A DNA stretch of 64,000 nucleotides, taken from assembly GCF_036399935.1 (NCBI RefSeq), contig NZ_DASWMD010000058.1:1-64000 (forward strand). Direction: 5' to 3'. Below, piece after piece: positions 1-10,418 of this stretch. The translations under genes were made by a program, and so were the position numbers. The stretch's first letter is position 1; each line of letters starts with the position of its first letter. Below the pieces are notes generated by a model. The model saw only the letters and a list, made by a program, of their open reading frames with translations. It did no database searches and was not told the origin of the DNA. Origin of the DNA: Longimicrobium sp. (GTDB taxonomy: Bacteria; Gemmatimonadota; Gemmatimonadetes; Longimicrobiales; Longimicrobiaceae).

Positions 1-449
1 CTTCCGTTCGGAATTTCACGTTCTTGTCCCGTGTTTTTTACTGTGGACGCGAAGGACGTGTTGCCCTCGACTGACACCACCACGGGGCGCTCGTTACAAA
101 AGCACTCCCAAGACCCAGGTTTTCAAAACATCGCGCGAGCCAATGGCCCGCTTCTCAATTCGCACCCGGCCAGTTTCACCCGGCCGCCGCGTTCAGTCCT
201 TCAATCTACCACCCTCGAACCTCTCGGTCAAGGGGTAGGCGGCGATGACTTTTCGTCTTTCGTCCGCCCGGATGTTCTTGCAACGCCTTGAATCTACTCG
301 ACTTCCGGCGCTTGGTCAAGGGAGATTTTTCCGAATTCCTTCCCCTCGGCCGACCCGACGCCGTTTCCGGCGACAGCCCTACAACATATCAGCCTCTCCA
401 ACCCCCGTCAACCCCGCTCCGAAGCCTTTCCGGCCGCTCGTGCTGACAG

Positions 450-1733
450 GTGGTTCCGAAGGGGGCGCCAAGTATAAACGGCCGTTCCCATCGAGTCAAC
501 CCCCTCGTTCGGCGGCTGTGCTGGACGGCGGCGGCGGGGGCGCGTACTGTCATCCGCGTGGACGGGCGGACAGCCGGGAGCATCCAGGCAACGGGGAGAA
601 TGACGGGAGACACGTATCCGGCGGCGCGCATCGTAGCCGGCGCGGTGGAGCAGTACTTCGCCCAGTGCCGGGCAGCGATGCCGGGATTCGCGGAGATTGC
701 GCCCGCGCCGGACCGGCAGACCATCGAGCAGATCGCCACGACCGGGTTCTGGGCCAGCCTGCGCCAGGAAGAAGGGCGCTCGCCCAAGATTTCGCTCGCG
801 TGGGTTCCCCCGGAGCAGGCGGGGCACCCGCTGCGGTTCGCGCGGCCGTTTCCGCTGGAGCCCGGCCTGCTGTCCAGGCTGGCGCCGGCGGTGGAGCGCC
901 CGGGCATTCACCTGGGTGTGTGGGAGCACGGCGGCGAGCTGTGCGTCTGGGGCACCACGCGGTCCATCCCCCCCGCCTGCTTCGTGCTGGAGGTGGTGCA
1001 GCCCGGGCTTCTCGTCATCAAGCGGCGCCGCGCCCGGGAAGATGGCAAGTTCGCCAACGTGGCCGTGCTGCACGGCGACCAGGTGAAGATGGTGGATGAG
1101 CGCGGGGGCGACCTGCCCGCGGGGATGCTCCACACGTCGCCGCTGCTGGCGTTCGCGTCCACGCGGTCGTGGACGGACTCGGTGAACGTGGTGGTGCAGC
1201 TGGCGCTCTCCATGCGCACGCACGGACACGGCGGGTCGCTGCTGATCGTGCCGCGAGATTCAGATGAGTGGCGCAGGTCCATCGTCCACCCGATCAACTA
1301 CCCGGCCGAGCCGGCGTTCACGGGGCTGTCGTCGCTGGCGGCGATGGAGCCGGACGAGGAGGACCGCGCGGAATGGATGGACGCGGTGCGCCGGGCGGTG
1401 GACCAGGTGGCCGGGCTTACCGCGGTGGACGGCGCCACCATCGTCGACGACCGCTACGAGCTGCTGGCGTTCGGTGCCAAGATCGCGCGGTCGCGGGGGA
1501 GCGCGCCCGTGGAGCGCGTGGTGGTGATGGAGCCGGTGGTGGGCGCGCGCCCGGCCGTGGTCGAGGTGTCGGAGCTGGGGGGAACGCGCCACCTGTCCGC
1601 GGCCCAGTTCGTCCGGGACCAGCCGGATGCCCTGGCCCTCGTGGCGTCGCAGGACGGCCGCTTCACGGTGTTCTACCGGCCGCCGGGGCAGGACACCGTC
1701 CACGCGCACCGGGTGGAGACCCTGCTTCTCTGA
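450..1733 (+). CDS. Hypothetical protein with DisA_N/DAC-like (DACNV-type) domain
   Basis: ORF is 427 aa with ordinary composition. It has a DGA-x-I motif (VDGATIVDD) and a GTRH motif like the diadenylate-cyclase RHR region. The start codon is uncertain. Confidence 0.4.
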   Translation: MVPKGAPSINGRSHRVNPLVRRLCWTAAAGARTVIRVDGRTAGSIQATGRMTGDTYPAARIVAGAVEQYFAQCRAAMPGFAEIAPAPDRQTIEQIATTGFWASLRQEEGRSPKISLAWVPPEQAGHPLRFARPFPLEPGLLSRLAPAVERPGIHLGVWEHGGELCVWGTTRSIPPACFVLEVVQPGLLVIKRRRAREDGKFANVAVLHGDQVKMVDERGGDLPAGMLHTSPLLAFASTRSWTDSVNVVVQLALSMRTHGHGGSLLIVPRDSDEWRRSIVHPINYPAEPAFTGLSSLAAMEPDEEDRAEWMDAVRRAVDQVAGLTAVDGATIVDDRYELLAFGAKIARSRGSAPVERVVVMEPVVGARPAVVEVSELGGTRHLSAAQFVRDQPDALALVASQDGRFTVFYRPPGQDTVHAHRVETLLL

Positions 1734-1745
1734 TTCCGGCAACGA

Positions 1746-1776
1746 AAGAGGGCCCGGGGATGATCCCTGGGCCCTC
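1746..1776. terminator. GC-rich hairpin between convergent genes (bidirectional terminator candidate)
   Basis: AGAGGGCCCGGGG-atgatc-CCCTGGGCCCTCT. It lies in the 60-bp gap between the 3' ends of the 450..1733 (+) and 1793..7183 (-) genes. Confidence 0.5.
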
Positions 1777-1792
1777 TCGAGTTCGTTCTGGG

Positions 1793-4700
1793 CTAGCTCT
1801 GCTTCTTTGGCAGCGGCCAGATCCGGAGCGGTTTTCCATCACCTACGATGGGCAGGTTCTGCAGCGCTTCCTCCATGCGCGACTCCTCGGCCGCCGTCGC
1901 GTCGCCCTGCTCACCCGCGGCCACGGGGACCGGCTCTGTGACAGCGGCCGGCTCGGCGGCGGGGACCGGGTCCTCGGCGGCGACGGTCGATGCCGCGGCG
2001 GCGACCGGCTGCACGACGGTGACCGGCTGCGCGCGGACGGCGGAGATCACCCGCAGCATGGCTTCGGCGGCCTGGCTCTGCTGCGCCTGGCCGACGCGGA
2101 TCACCTGCTGGCTGGCGTGGATCGCCTCGACCAGCGGCGCGATCGCGGCGCGGATCACGTCAGGGAGCTCGTCCGGCAGGCGGACCGGCTCCGGCGCGGG
2201 CGGCGGTTCCGCGGCGGGCGCCGGGGCTGACGCGGCTGCACCCAGCGCTTGCAATCCGCCCGCAATGTCGGCCAGCTGGGCGACCACGCGGCCGCCCACG
2301 TCGGCGTCGTCGCTTCCCATCGCCTTGTTGCGCAGGAAGTCGCGCTTGATCTGCTCCCAGCGCGCGGCTTCGTCCGGGGTGAGCACGCCGCGCAGCTCCT
2401 TGAGCTTCAGCAGGTTCTCTTCCGCACCCGTGGTGAGCAGCTGCGCCTCGCCCTGGTAGTGGTCGGAGATCAGCTGCTGCAGCTCGGCGTCGTTCATCAC
2501 CGGCGAAATCTTCTCCGCCAGCTTGTTCATGTTGCGGTAGCTGCCCTGCAGCTTGAACGCCGGCTCGGTGCGGTACCGGTCTGCCTGGGCGGCGCTGGCG
2601 ATGTACTGCTGGTTGACGCGGTACACCACGTCGCGCGCCTTCATGATGCGCTTGAGCGTTTCGACAATCTCGTTGATCTCCGCCGCGCCGTAGGCATGGC
2701 TGAGCCCGTTGGTGGAAACGTCGAGCCCCTTCGCGCGGTCGGCGAACAGGTACAGGTCCGCCATCTCGCGGGTGGCGAGCGGCGCCAGCACCGGGTTGGA
2801 GGTCAGCGAGTTCTCGATGTAGCTGAGCGTGAACGCGTCTTCCATCCCCCCGAGCACGTCGCCCAGGTTGTAGATGTCGGCGCGGTTGGCGAGCATGTCG
2901 GGGATCTTGAAGACTTCGCCCGACTCGGTGTACGGGTTGCCCGCCATCACCACGCAGAACTTCTTGCCGCGCAGGTCGTACGTCTTCGTCCCCCCCCGCC
3001 ACACGCCCTCGATGCGCCGCGTGCCGTCGCAGAGGGAGATGAACTTCTGCAGGAACTCGGGGTGCGTGTGCTGGATGTCGTCGACGTACAGCATCACGTT
3101 GTTCCCCATCTCCAGCGCCAGCCCCAGCTTTTCCAGCTCCTGCCGCGAGGTGGCGTCGGGCGCCTGCGCCGGGTCCAGCGAGCGCACCTCGTGGCCCAGC
3201 GCGGGGCCGTTCACCTTGACGAAGACCAGCCCCAGCCGGTGCGCCACGTACTCCATCAGCGTGGTCTTTCCGTACCCCGGGGGCGAGATCATCATCAGCA
3301 GGCCCATCAGGTCGCTGCGCTTGCCCTCACCCACCGTGCCGATCTGCTTGGCCAGGTTGTCGCCGATGATGGGCAGGTACGTGTCGTTGATGAGCTTGTT
3401 GCGCACGAACGACGTCAGCGGGCGTGCCCGCAGCTCGCCCAGGCGCAGCGCATCGCGCTCTCGCGTGGCGATCTCCTGGCGGATGGCCTGGTAGCGGCGG
3501 TAGCCCGGGAGAAAGCGGTCGCGATGGTCGCGCAGGCGGCCCAGGAACTCGTCAATCGCCAGCGTCAGCCGGCCCCCGTCGATGCGCGGATGCTCGCCCA
3601 GCAGCCCTTCGACCGTGGCCAGCGGCTGCGCGTGATTGGGCCGGCGCTGCAGCTGGTTGCGGGTAAGGATGAGCGCCGCCGCCTCCGGGACGTAGCGCGC
3701 GATCGGGGCGAGGGCGGCGTCGGTGCACAGCGCCTGCAGCCAGTGGATGACGTGCTCGTACCGAGCGGCCGGGCGGTCCTGCAGCTGCTCGAGCATCTGC
3801 CCGAAGGCCGTGCGGAGATCGGCTTCGCCCAGGCGCGACAGGAGCGCGTCCGTCAACTCGCGGGCGGGGAGCGAAAGGATCAGCCCCTCGTGCCCGCCGG
3901 CCAGCTCGTCGAACAGGTACGATGCGGAATCTGCGGCCACGGCGGCGCTGAACGGCAGGGCATTGGCCTCGGCGAAGGCGCGAAGGCGGTTCGCGATCTG
4001 GCCGCGGAGCGCGTCCGCGGCGGACCGGGTGCCGAACAGGCCCTGCATCGCCTTGGCGCTGGCGACGCCCGCCTTCCACTCCCGCGCATCCTCGTCTCCC
4101 TGCGCGGCCGCCCAGAAGAGCGCGGCGAGCGCGCGGGGCTCGGGGGCGTGCACCAGCTCGCCCGCGGCCTCCAGCTGGGCCAGGGCCGTGCGCAGGATCA
4201 GCGTGGCGTCGTGGTCGTGGATGCCGCGCTGGTAGCCGTCGCGGTAGCGTGGGGCGGCGAAATCGACCACCGTCTTGCCCAGCGCGTCGCCCTCCGCGGC
4301 GTGCTTGCGCAGCAGCTCCATCGAAAGCCCCTCCGCGCCGGCCTGGGCGGCGGCCAGCACCTCGCCGGCCAGGTACTCGCCGCGGTAGAGCGTGGGGGAT
4401 TCCGACTCCAGCGACACCTGCCAGTAGTCGCGGAGCGCCGCCAGCTCTTCGCTGTGGATGGGCTCCATGAAGTCGGTGCCCGTCAGGTGCACCGCCAGCT
4501 CGTCCCCACGCGGCAGGATGGTGAGATCCAGTGGCTGCGTGCTGACGCTGAAGCGGTGGCGGCCCAGCTTGATGACGTTGCCGCCGCCCTCGAACAGGTC
4601 GGTGCGGTCGCGCAGCGCGCGAACGGCGCCGTCGCGGGCGCTCTTGACGCGCGCCTCGACGTCGTCGGCCTTCACCGGGTCCTTCAGCGCGCGTAGCCGC

Positions 4701-7183
4701 TCGGCCAGCTCGCGCACCTTCAGGATCAGCGGGTCGCCCGCGAAGAAGGCGTTCAGCTCGTCGGGCGTGGCGAACTTCTCGGTGCGGCGACCCAGCCCCG
4801 CGACGATGCGGTTGGCCGCCTCGAGCACCGACTGCGCCTTGCGCTGGCGATCGTCCAGCAGCGCCTGGCGGTGCGCGTCGAAGGTCTCCAGCAGCTCCTC
4901 GCGCTTGGCCAGGATGTCGCCCAGGAACTGCTCGTGCTCGCCGAACTGGCTCTCGATCTCCTCCAGCTGCACCATCAGCCGCGAGAGCTGTTCGTCCGCC
5001 TTCTCGGGGTCCGTCGCCAGCCCCAGCGCGCTGGCCACGCTCTGTCCGAAGAGGGAGAACTGCGCGCCGAACTGGGCGACGGCCTCGGCCGAGCCCAGCG
5101 TCTTGCGGCGCTGGGCGGCGCGGGCGCGGGCCTGGTTGAGCCCCGCGTAGATGGTGGAGATGGCGTCGACCACCCGCGTGCGCTGCACGGCGTCGTCCAC
5201 CTTGAGCGTCGCCATCAGCTCCGACAGCATGTCGAGGTCGGCGGACATGCCTTCCAGCGCGGCCACCGCCTCGCCGATCCCCTTGGCCGTCTCGGCCTTC
5301 TGCGCATCGGCATCCAGCACCGCCAGGCGCTCGGAGAAGGGCGCCAGCGCCTTGTCGCCGGCCAGGAACTCGCCCGTGGCCGCGCCGACGCGCTCGTGCT
5401 GGGCCTGCAGCTCGGCGCCCATCGCATCGATGGCGGCCGTGTCGACGTAGCGCAGCTCGCGGATGGTGAGCAGGCGCCCGCGCTGGCGGGTGATCTCGTT
5501 CAGCGCGTCGACGAACTCCTGCACCTGCTTCCAGTCCTCCGGAACCAGCCGGGCGAGGAGGGCCGCGTGCTCGTCGCGCGCCTGCGCCATCGCCGCCTCG
5601 GACTGGCGGCGGATGCCCTCCACCTTTTCGAACTCGTCGAGCACCGACTCGCTGGTGGCGGCGATCTCGTGGAGCACGGCGCCCGCGCCCCGGCTGTCGG
5701 CGGCGTCCAGCCAGTGGTGCGCGTCGAACAGGCGGCGGGTGTTGCGGGTGAGCAGACGGTAGCGCTGCACCGACACTTCCGGGCTCTCGATCTCGCGCGC
5801 CAGCTCGAACAGGCTGGAGATGCCCCGCACCAGCTCGGCATTACCCAGGCGGCCCATGAAGGTGGCACCCGGGGGACGGGCGGCGGCGTGCTCGTCGGAG
5901 ACGAAGGGCGACTGCCAGATCTGCATGGGGTGCACGCGCGTGGGCTCTTCGCCCTCGGCGTGGAACAGCACCATGCGCCCGTCGCCCAGCACGGCATGGC
6001 CGTGGCCGAACAGCGGGTTCTGCAGCTTGCGCTGGATGAGGTTGTAGACGAAGAGCGCCGACTTGCCCGCCTCGTGCTCGTAGAAGACGTACATGACGTC
6101 TTCGCCGTTGGGCGAGCGGATGGCGCGCTGGAAGCGCATGCCGTCCATCCGCGCGTCGAACGCCTTGTGCTCGCCGTTCTGAAGGTAGTAGCCGCCCGGG
6201 AAGATGATCCCGTGGTCCTCGGGCAGCTGCACGCACGCCTGCACGATGGCGTCTACCCGGTCGATGCGCCCGCTGATGGTGTTGTAGACGAAGCCGCGCC
6301 ACGTGGTTTCGCGGTACGGCAGCACCTTCAGCAGCACCAGCGATCCCACGCGGGCGAAGTCGAAGGTGGCGTCGTCCAGCGACTGCGTCTTTTCATCCAC
6401 CAGCTCGCTGTGGATGCCCTGACCCGACTCGGTGTTGTTCTCGACCTTGATGGTCAGGTCGCCGCCCGTGGTTTCCACGAACAGCGTGTCGAGCACGTTC
6501 AGGTGGGGAAAGCGCCCGGTGACGGTGTGCTCGCGCCCCGCGCGCGTCCACTCGAAGTCGAACGGCGGCGGGAACGTGAGGTCGCGGTCGCCGCGGGCAT
6601 CCAGGTAGGTGACGTCGCCGCCGGGCGAGACGGCCCAGCGGAAGACGCGCACGTCGGTGCTGCGCTCGCCGATCTGGAACGCCGCCAGCAGCTTGCCGCC
6701 GGCCACGTCCAGCTGCAGCAGCCGCGCGTTCTTGTAGTAGGCGTACAGCTCGTCGAAGTCGCGGACGAAGGCCGGGTCGCCCAGGAAGCTGCCGGCCAGC
6801 GCCACGCCCTCCACGTCGAACCCGTCCGCGCCCTCCACCAGGCGGTAGAGGCCGAAGACGTCTTCCACGCGGGTGGTGGTCTTCAGCCCCAGGAAGACGT
6901 TGTAGCCGAACAGCAGCAGGCCGCCGACGGGAACGATGTCGCGGCCGATGCAGTTGTTTTCGGTGTGGATGCGAAGGCGTCCGATCACCTCCAGCCGGCT
7001 GTCGCCGAACTCGGCCAGCCGCTGCTCGTTGAGCGCGCCGGCGATGTCGCGCAGCCGGGTGCCCTGCTCGGTCAGCCGGCGGCGCAGCACCTCGTACGCG
7101 CCGCCCTCCGCGACCGCCTGGTCCACGGTGGTCTCGGCGGAGTCGGCGGCGGGCTCCCGCACGCCCGGGGACTGCTCGGACAT
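1793..7183 (-). CDS. Giant AAA+ ATPase-domain protein (1796 aa)
   Basis: Uninterrupted ORF with ATG start at 7183. Walker A is PPGYGKTT and Walker B-like is VMLYVDDIQ, placed about two-thirds of the way into the protein. Long coiled-coil/helical N-terminal region and Ala/Pro-rich C-terminal tail. Co-oriented downstream of the flotillin-NfeD pair. Confidence 0.7.
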   Translation of the reverse strand: MSEQSPGVREPAADSAETTVDQAVAEGGAYEVLRRRLTEQGTRLRDIAGALNEQRLAEFGDSRLEVIGRLRIHTENNCIGRDIVPVGGLLLFGYNVFLGLKTTTRVEDVFGLYRLVEGADGFDVEGVALAGSFLGDPAFVRDFDELYAYYKNARLLQLDVAGGKLLAAFQIGERSTDVRVFRWAVSPGGDVTYLDARGDRDLTFPPPFDFEWTRAGREHTVTGRFPHLNVLDTLFVETTGGDLTIKVENNTESGQGIHSELVDEKTQSLDDATFDFARVGSLVLLKVLPYRETTWRGFVYNTISGRIDRVDAIVQACVQLPEDHGIIFPGGYYLQNGEHKAFDARMDGMRFQRAIRSPNGEDVMYVFYEHEAGKSALFVYNLIQRKLQNPLFGHGHAVLGDGRMVLFHAEGEEPTRVHPMQIWQSPFVSDEHAAARPPGATFMGRLGNAELVRGISSLFELAREIESPEVSVQRYRLLTRNTRRLFDAHHWLDAADSRGAGAVLHEIAATSESVLDEFEKVEGIRRQSEAAMAQARDEHAALLARLVPEDWKQVQEFVDALNEITRQRGRLLTIRELRYVDTAAIDAMGAELQAQHERVGAATGEFLAGDKALAPFSERLAVLDADAQKAETAKGIGEAVAALEGMSADLDMLSELMATLKVDDAVQRTRVVDAISTIYAGLNQARARAAQRRKTLGSAEAVAQFGAQFSLFGQSVASALGLATDPEKADEQLSRLMVQLEEIESQFGEHEQFLGDILAKREELLETFDAHRQALLDDRQRKAQSVLEAANRIVAGLGRRTEKFATPDELNAFFAGDPLILKVRELAERLRALKDPVKADDVEARVKSARDGAVRALRDRTDLFEGGGNVIKLGRHRFSVSTQPLDLTILPRGDELAVHLTGTDFMEPIHSEELAALRDYWQVSLESESPTLYRGEYLAGEVLAAAQAGAEGLSMELLRKHAAEGDALGKTVVDFAAPRYRDGYQRGIHDHDATLILRTALAQLEAAGELVHAPEPRALAALFWAAAQGDEDAREWKAGVASAKAMQGLFGTRSAADALRGQIANRLRAFAEANALPFSAAVAADSASYLFDELAGGHEGLILSLPARELTDALLSRLGEADLRTAFGQMLEQLQDRPAARYEHVIHWLQALCTDAALAPIARYVPEAAALILTRNQLQRRPNHAQPLATVEGLLGEHPRIDGGRLTLAIDEFLGRLRDHRDRFLPGYRRYQAIRQEIATRERDALRLGELRARPLTSFVRNKLINDTYLPIIGDNLAKQIGTVGEGKRSDLMGLLMMISPPGYGKTTLMEYVAHRLGLVFVKVNGPALGHEVRSLDPAQAPDATSRQELEKLGLALEMGNNVMLYVDDIQHTHPEFLQKFISLCDGTRRIEGVWRGGTKTYDLRGKKFCVVMAGNPYTESGEVFKIPDMLANRADIYNLGDVLGGMEDAFTLSYIENSLTSNPVLAPLATREMADLYLFADRAKGLDVSTNGLSHAYGAAEINEIVETLKRIMKARDVVYRVNQQYIASAAQADRYRTEPAFKLQGSYRNMNKLAEKISPVMNDAELQQLISDHYQGEAQLLTTGAEENLLKLKELRGVLTPDEAARWEQIKRDFLRNKAMGSDDADVGGRVVAQLADIAGGLQALGAAASAPAPAAEPPPAPEPVRLPDELPDVIRAAIAPLVEAIHASQQVIRVGQAQQSQAAEAMLRVISAVRAQPVTVVQPVAAAASTVAAEDPVPAAEPAAVTEPVPVAAGEQGDATAAEESRMEEALQNLPIVGDGKPLRIWPLPKKQS

Positions 7184-7388
7184 CTGCGCTTACCTGGATG
7201 GCGACGTGGATACCCGGGGACCGATGCGTCCCCGGCACTTCCTGCTGAACAGCGGCCACACGGAAGCCTGGCGAGCGAGGAGGCGATTCGAGACCGGCCG
7301 TGCATGCCCCGGCTGCCCTCTCCCCCCGGCCCCCTCTCCCGCAAGCGGGAGAGGGGGAGAACTGCACCACGCTCGGTCGCGAGGCCTA

Positions 7389-9410
7389 TCAGCCTACGGG
7401 CTCGGCCTTGGGCGCCACCACCTGGTCGAACACCTCGGGGGTGATGGGCACGCTCAGCCGCTCGCGGGGCTCGGGGCGCGACACGCCCAGGAAGCGCTCC
7501 ATCAGGTCCTGCACGATGGGGCTCTTGCCCGCGAAGCCCTCGATGGACTTGCCCAGCGTCAGCGCCTTGGAGAGCGACTCGAACATGCCGCCGTCGCCGC
7601 CCACGAGGTCGATGTTGGCGTTGCGCAGCGCCGAGGCGATGACCTCCGCGTTCTCCTTGCTGACGTCCTTGCCCGCCGCGATGGCGGCCATGGCCTGGTC
7701 GAAGTGCGCTTCCAGCGTCATGCGGAACTCCTCGTGCGTGCGCGCACGGTCGCTCAGCCCGTCGATGGCCTCGAACTTCTTGGTCAGCCCCTCGGCTTCG
7801 GCGGTGAGCTTGCGGGCCGTGACCGTGGCCTCGGCCAGCCCCACCGACTCCACGGCGGACGCCCGGGCCTGCCCCAGCCGCGTCTCGCCGTCCGCCTCGG
7901 CGCCCATCCGCTCGCCCAGCACGCGCGCCTCGGCGGCGCCCTGCTTGTAGGACGCGTCGGCCTTGGCCTCCATCACCCGCGCCTCGGCGGAGCCCACCTT
8001 TTCGATCGCGGTCGCCTCGGCCTCGCGCACGGCGGCCTCGGCCAGGCCGGGGGCGGCCATCTCGACCTTGAGGGCCTCCGCCATCAGGCGCTTGGCGTCG
8101 GCGTCGCGCGACGCGGCGTCCAGCCGGGCCTGCGCCATGGTCGTCAGCTCCAGCGCGCGGTGGCGGGCGGCGGCCTCGGAGGCCTCGGCGTCCTTGACGG
8201 CGCGGACGGCGGCTTCCTGCGCGGCGGCCTCGGCGCCCAGCACGCGCGCCTGCTTGTCGCGCTCGGCCTCGGAAACCACGCGCACTTCCTTGATGCGCTC
8301 TTCCTCGACCGTCACCGTCTTGTCGATGGCGATGCGCTCGCGGGTGATGTTCGCGACGTCCTTCTTGCCCACCTCGACCACCTTGTCGCGCTCCACGCCC
8401 TGCAGCTGCACCTCGCGGTCGGTCGTCACCTCTTCCAGGGCGCGGGCCCGGGCCACGCGCTCCACCTCGATGGCGACGGCGCGCTGGCGGTTCTGCTCGG
8501 CGACTTCCACCTCGCGCTGCACGTTCTGCTCGCGGATGCGGATCTTTTCGTCGGACTCCAGCCGCGCCTGCTCGGCGATCAGGCGCTGTTCCTCGCGCAC
8601 GCGGGTGGTTTCGGCGGTCTCGCGCGCCTGGATCGTCTCGATCTCGCGCTTCTGGCGCGCCTCGGCCTCGGCCTGCTGGCGCTCCAGGGCCAGGGTGGCC
8701 TCGCGGGCCTCGACGTTCTTCTTGGTGATGGCGAGCTTTTCGTTCTGCTCCAGCTCGTTGGTCACCACGTTCTGCGTGGCGGTGCGCTCGGTGATCTTCC
8801 GGATGCCTTCGGCGTCCAGGATGTTGTTGTGGTCCAGCAGGTGCTTGGGCGTCTGCTCCAGGTAGTCGATGGCTACGTCCTCGAGCACGTAGCCGTTCAG
8901 GTCGTTGCCGATGACCTTGACGATGGCGTCGCGGAACTCCTGGCGCTTCTCGAACAGCTCGGTGAACTCGAACTTCTTGCCCACCGTCTTCAGCGCCTCG
9001 CTGAACTTGGCGTTGAACAGCTCGTCCACCGCCTCGCGGTCCGACGCGCGGCTGGCGCCGATGGCCTTGGCCACGCGCAGCACGTCGGCCTGCGTTTCGT
9101 TGACGCGCAGGTAGAAGGCGACGGTGATGTCGGCCCGCATGTTGTCCTTGCAGATCAGCCCTTCCTTGCCGCGCCGGTCCACCTGCAGGGTGATCAGGCT
9201 CACCCGCATCAGCTCGGCCTTGTACAGCACGGGAATGATCAGGCTGCCGGTGAAGCGCACCTTGGGCTGCGAGCTCATGTCGTTGATGATGAGCGCCGTT
9301 CCCTGTTCCACCTTCATGTAGAAGGCCTTGAACAGGGCGAAGGTGCCCAGCAGCATCAACAGCAGGATGCCGACGCCGAGGGCGAAGGGGAGAAGGAGGG
9401 ACGCGCTCAT
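7389..9410 (-). CDS. Flotillin / SPFH (band-7) family protein, YqiK-like
   Basis: N-terminal TM helix followed by an SPFH domain (GTALIINDMSSQPKVRF...), then a long Ala/Glu/Arg-rich coiled-coil typical of flotillins. ATG at 9410. Confidence 0.85.
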   Translation of the reverse strand: MSASLLLPFALGVGILLLMLLGTFALFKAFYMKVEQGTALIINDMSSQPKVRFTGSLIIPVLYKAELMRVSLITLQVDRRGKEGLICKDNMRADITVAFYLRVNETQADVLRVAKAIGASRASDREAVDELFNAKFSEALKTVGKKFEFTELFEKRQEFRDAIVKVIGNDLNGYVLEDVAIDYLEQTPKHLLDHNNILDAEGIRKITERTATQNVVTNELEQNEKLAITKKNVEAREATLALERQQAEAEARQKREIETIQARETAETTRVREEQRLIAEQARLESDEKIRIREQNVQREVEVAEQNRQRAVAIEVERVARARALEEVTTDREVQLQGVERDKVVEVGKKDVANITRERIAIDKTVTVEEERIKEVRVVSEAERDKQARVLGAEAAAQEAAVRAVKDAEASEAAARHRALELTTMAQARLDAASRDADAKRLMAEALKVEMAAPGLAEAAVREAEATAIEKVGSAEARVMEAKADASYKQGAAEARVLGERMGAEADGETRLGQARASAVESVGLAEATVTARKLTAEAEGLTKKFEAIDGLSDRARTHEEFRMTLEAHFDQAMAAIAAGKDVSKENAEVIASALRNANIDLVGGDGGMFESLSKALTLGKSIEGFAGKSPIVQDLMERFLGVSRPEPRERLSVPITPEVFDQVVAPKAEPVG

Positions 9411-9440
9411 CTGCTGGACCTTTCTGAAGGGTTGGATTGC

Positions 9441-10070
9441 TTACCGGCCAAGGAACTGCTGCTCCGATACCACGCGATAGGCGTTCTGCGACTCGATGTA
9501 CTCGATGAGCACGATGCGGTCGCCGCGCTGGAGCGGGTTGGGGCCGTCGTGGCGCACCTGCAGGATCAGCCCGGCGCCGCCGTCGTCCACCGACGCCTGC
9601 CCGTAGTCCGCGGACAGCGTGGGGGTGACGACCACCGCCGACGTCCCCACCAGCGAGCGTTCGACGGGGCGCATCTTCGCGAGCGCGCGGCGCACCGGGC
9701 GCAGCGCGAGGGAGGTCACGGCCACGGCGGGGACGAGCACGCCCACCATCGTGCCGATGCCGGCCAGCGTCCGCACGCCTTCCGGCAGGCCGCCCAGCAC
9801 CAGCAAGTGAACGAAGTACGCGCCCAGCCACGCGGTGAACACCAGCGTGGTGGCCACCACCGTGAAGGGCACGCCGCCCAGCCCCAGCTTCGAGAGCATC
9901 GCCGCCGCGGCGCCCGCGTCAGTCGCGTGTCCGTCGCCCACCAGCGCGTCGACGGAATCGCCGTCGGCCAGGCCGGTGACCGCGAGCACCCAGTACAGGG
10001 TGATGACGGCCAGCAGCATGCTGTAGACGATGGTGGGAAAGCCGAGGGCGGTCTGCAGGAACTCGTTCAC
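9441..10070 (-). CDS. NfeD-like (YqiJ-type) membrane protein, flotillin partner
   Basis: Multiple N-terminal TM helices and a C-terminal OB-like segment. Sits immediately upstream of flotillin, matching the yqiJ-yqiK arrangement. GTG start. Confidence 0.6.
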   Translation of the reverse strand: MNEFLQTALGFPTIVYSMLLAVITLYWVLAVTGLADGDSVDALVGDGHATDAGAAAAMLSKLGLGGVPFTVVATTLVFTAWLGAYFVHLLVLGGLPEGVRTLAGIGTMVGVLVPAVAVTSLALRPVRRALAKMRPVERSLVGTSAVVVTPTLSADYGQASVDDGGAGLILQVRHDGPNPLQRGDRIVLIEYIESQNAYRVVSEQQFLGR

Positions 10071-10418
10071 GGTGGTTGCGGTCCGCGTTCGTTCGGCGTT
10101 TGGCGAAGCCGCGTGGCGGCTTCCCCAAGTTCAACGGAGGAACGGGCTTCGGAGTTTCGAACGGGAGGGGCGGCCGCCCGGGAGGGCTGCAGATCGCCGC
10201 CGACGAGGCGGCGTGTCCGGCGACGGCACATCAGATGTTTGGAACCTAAACGTGCGGACCTGATTACGTCAACTCTCAGGCGGCGGGTTTCGGCGCCGGC
10301 GGCCGGGGTCGATGGCCCGAATTCCTTGCAGGAGACGGAGAGCATCGCCTACCTTCCGGCAGAAGCTCGCCCCGCCGCCGCACGCCAGCGCCCGTTCACC
10401 ATCAACCGCACCGCACGC

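Noticed and set aside
245-1229. Overlapping ORFs 245..1099 (+), 408..1229 (-), 389..907 (-), 697..1086 (+)
   Set aside because: Arg/Pro/Gly/Ala-rich low-complexity translations typical of off-frame reading in 70% GC DNA. They overlap the better-supported 450..1733 frame.
1848-7444. Long plus-strand ORFs 2249..4696 (815 aa) and 4871..7444 (857 aa) opposite the giant ATPase gene
   Set aside because: Antisense to a motif-bearing 1796-aa ORF. Translations are dominated by R/A/G/L/V repeats with no motifs.
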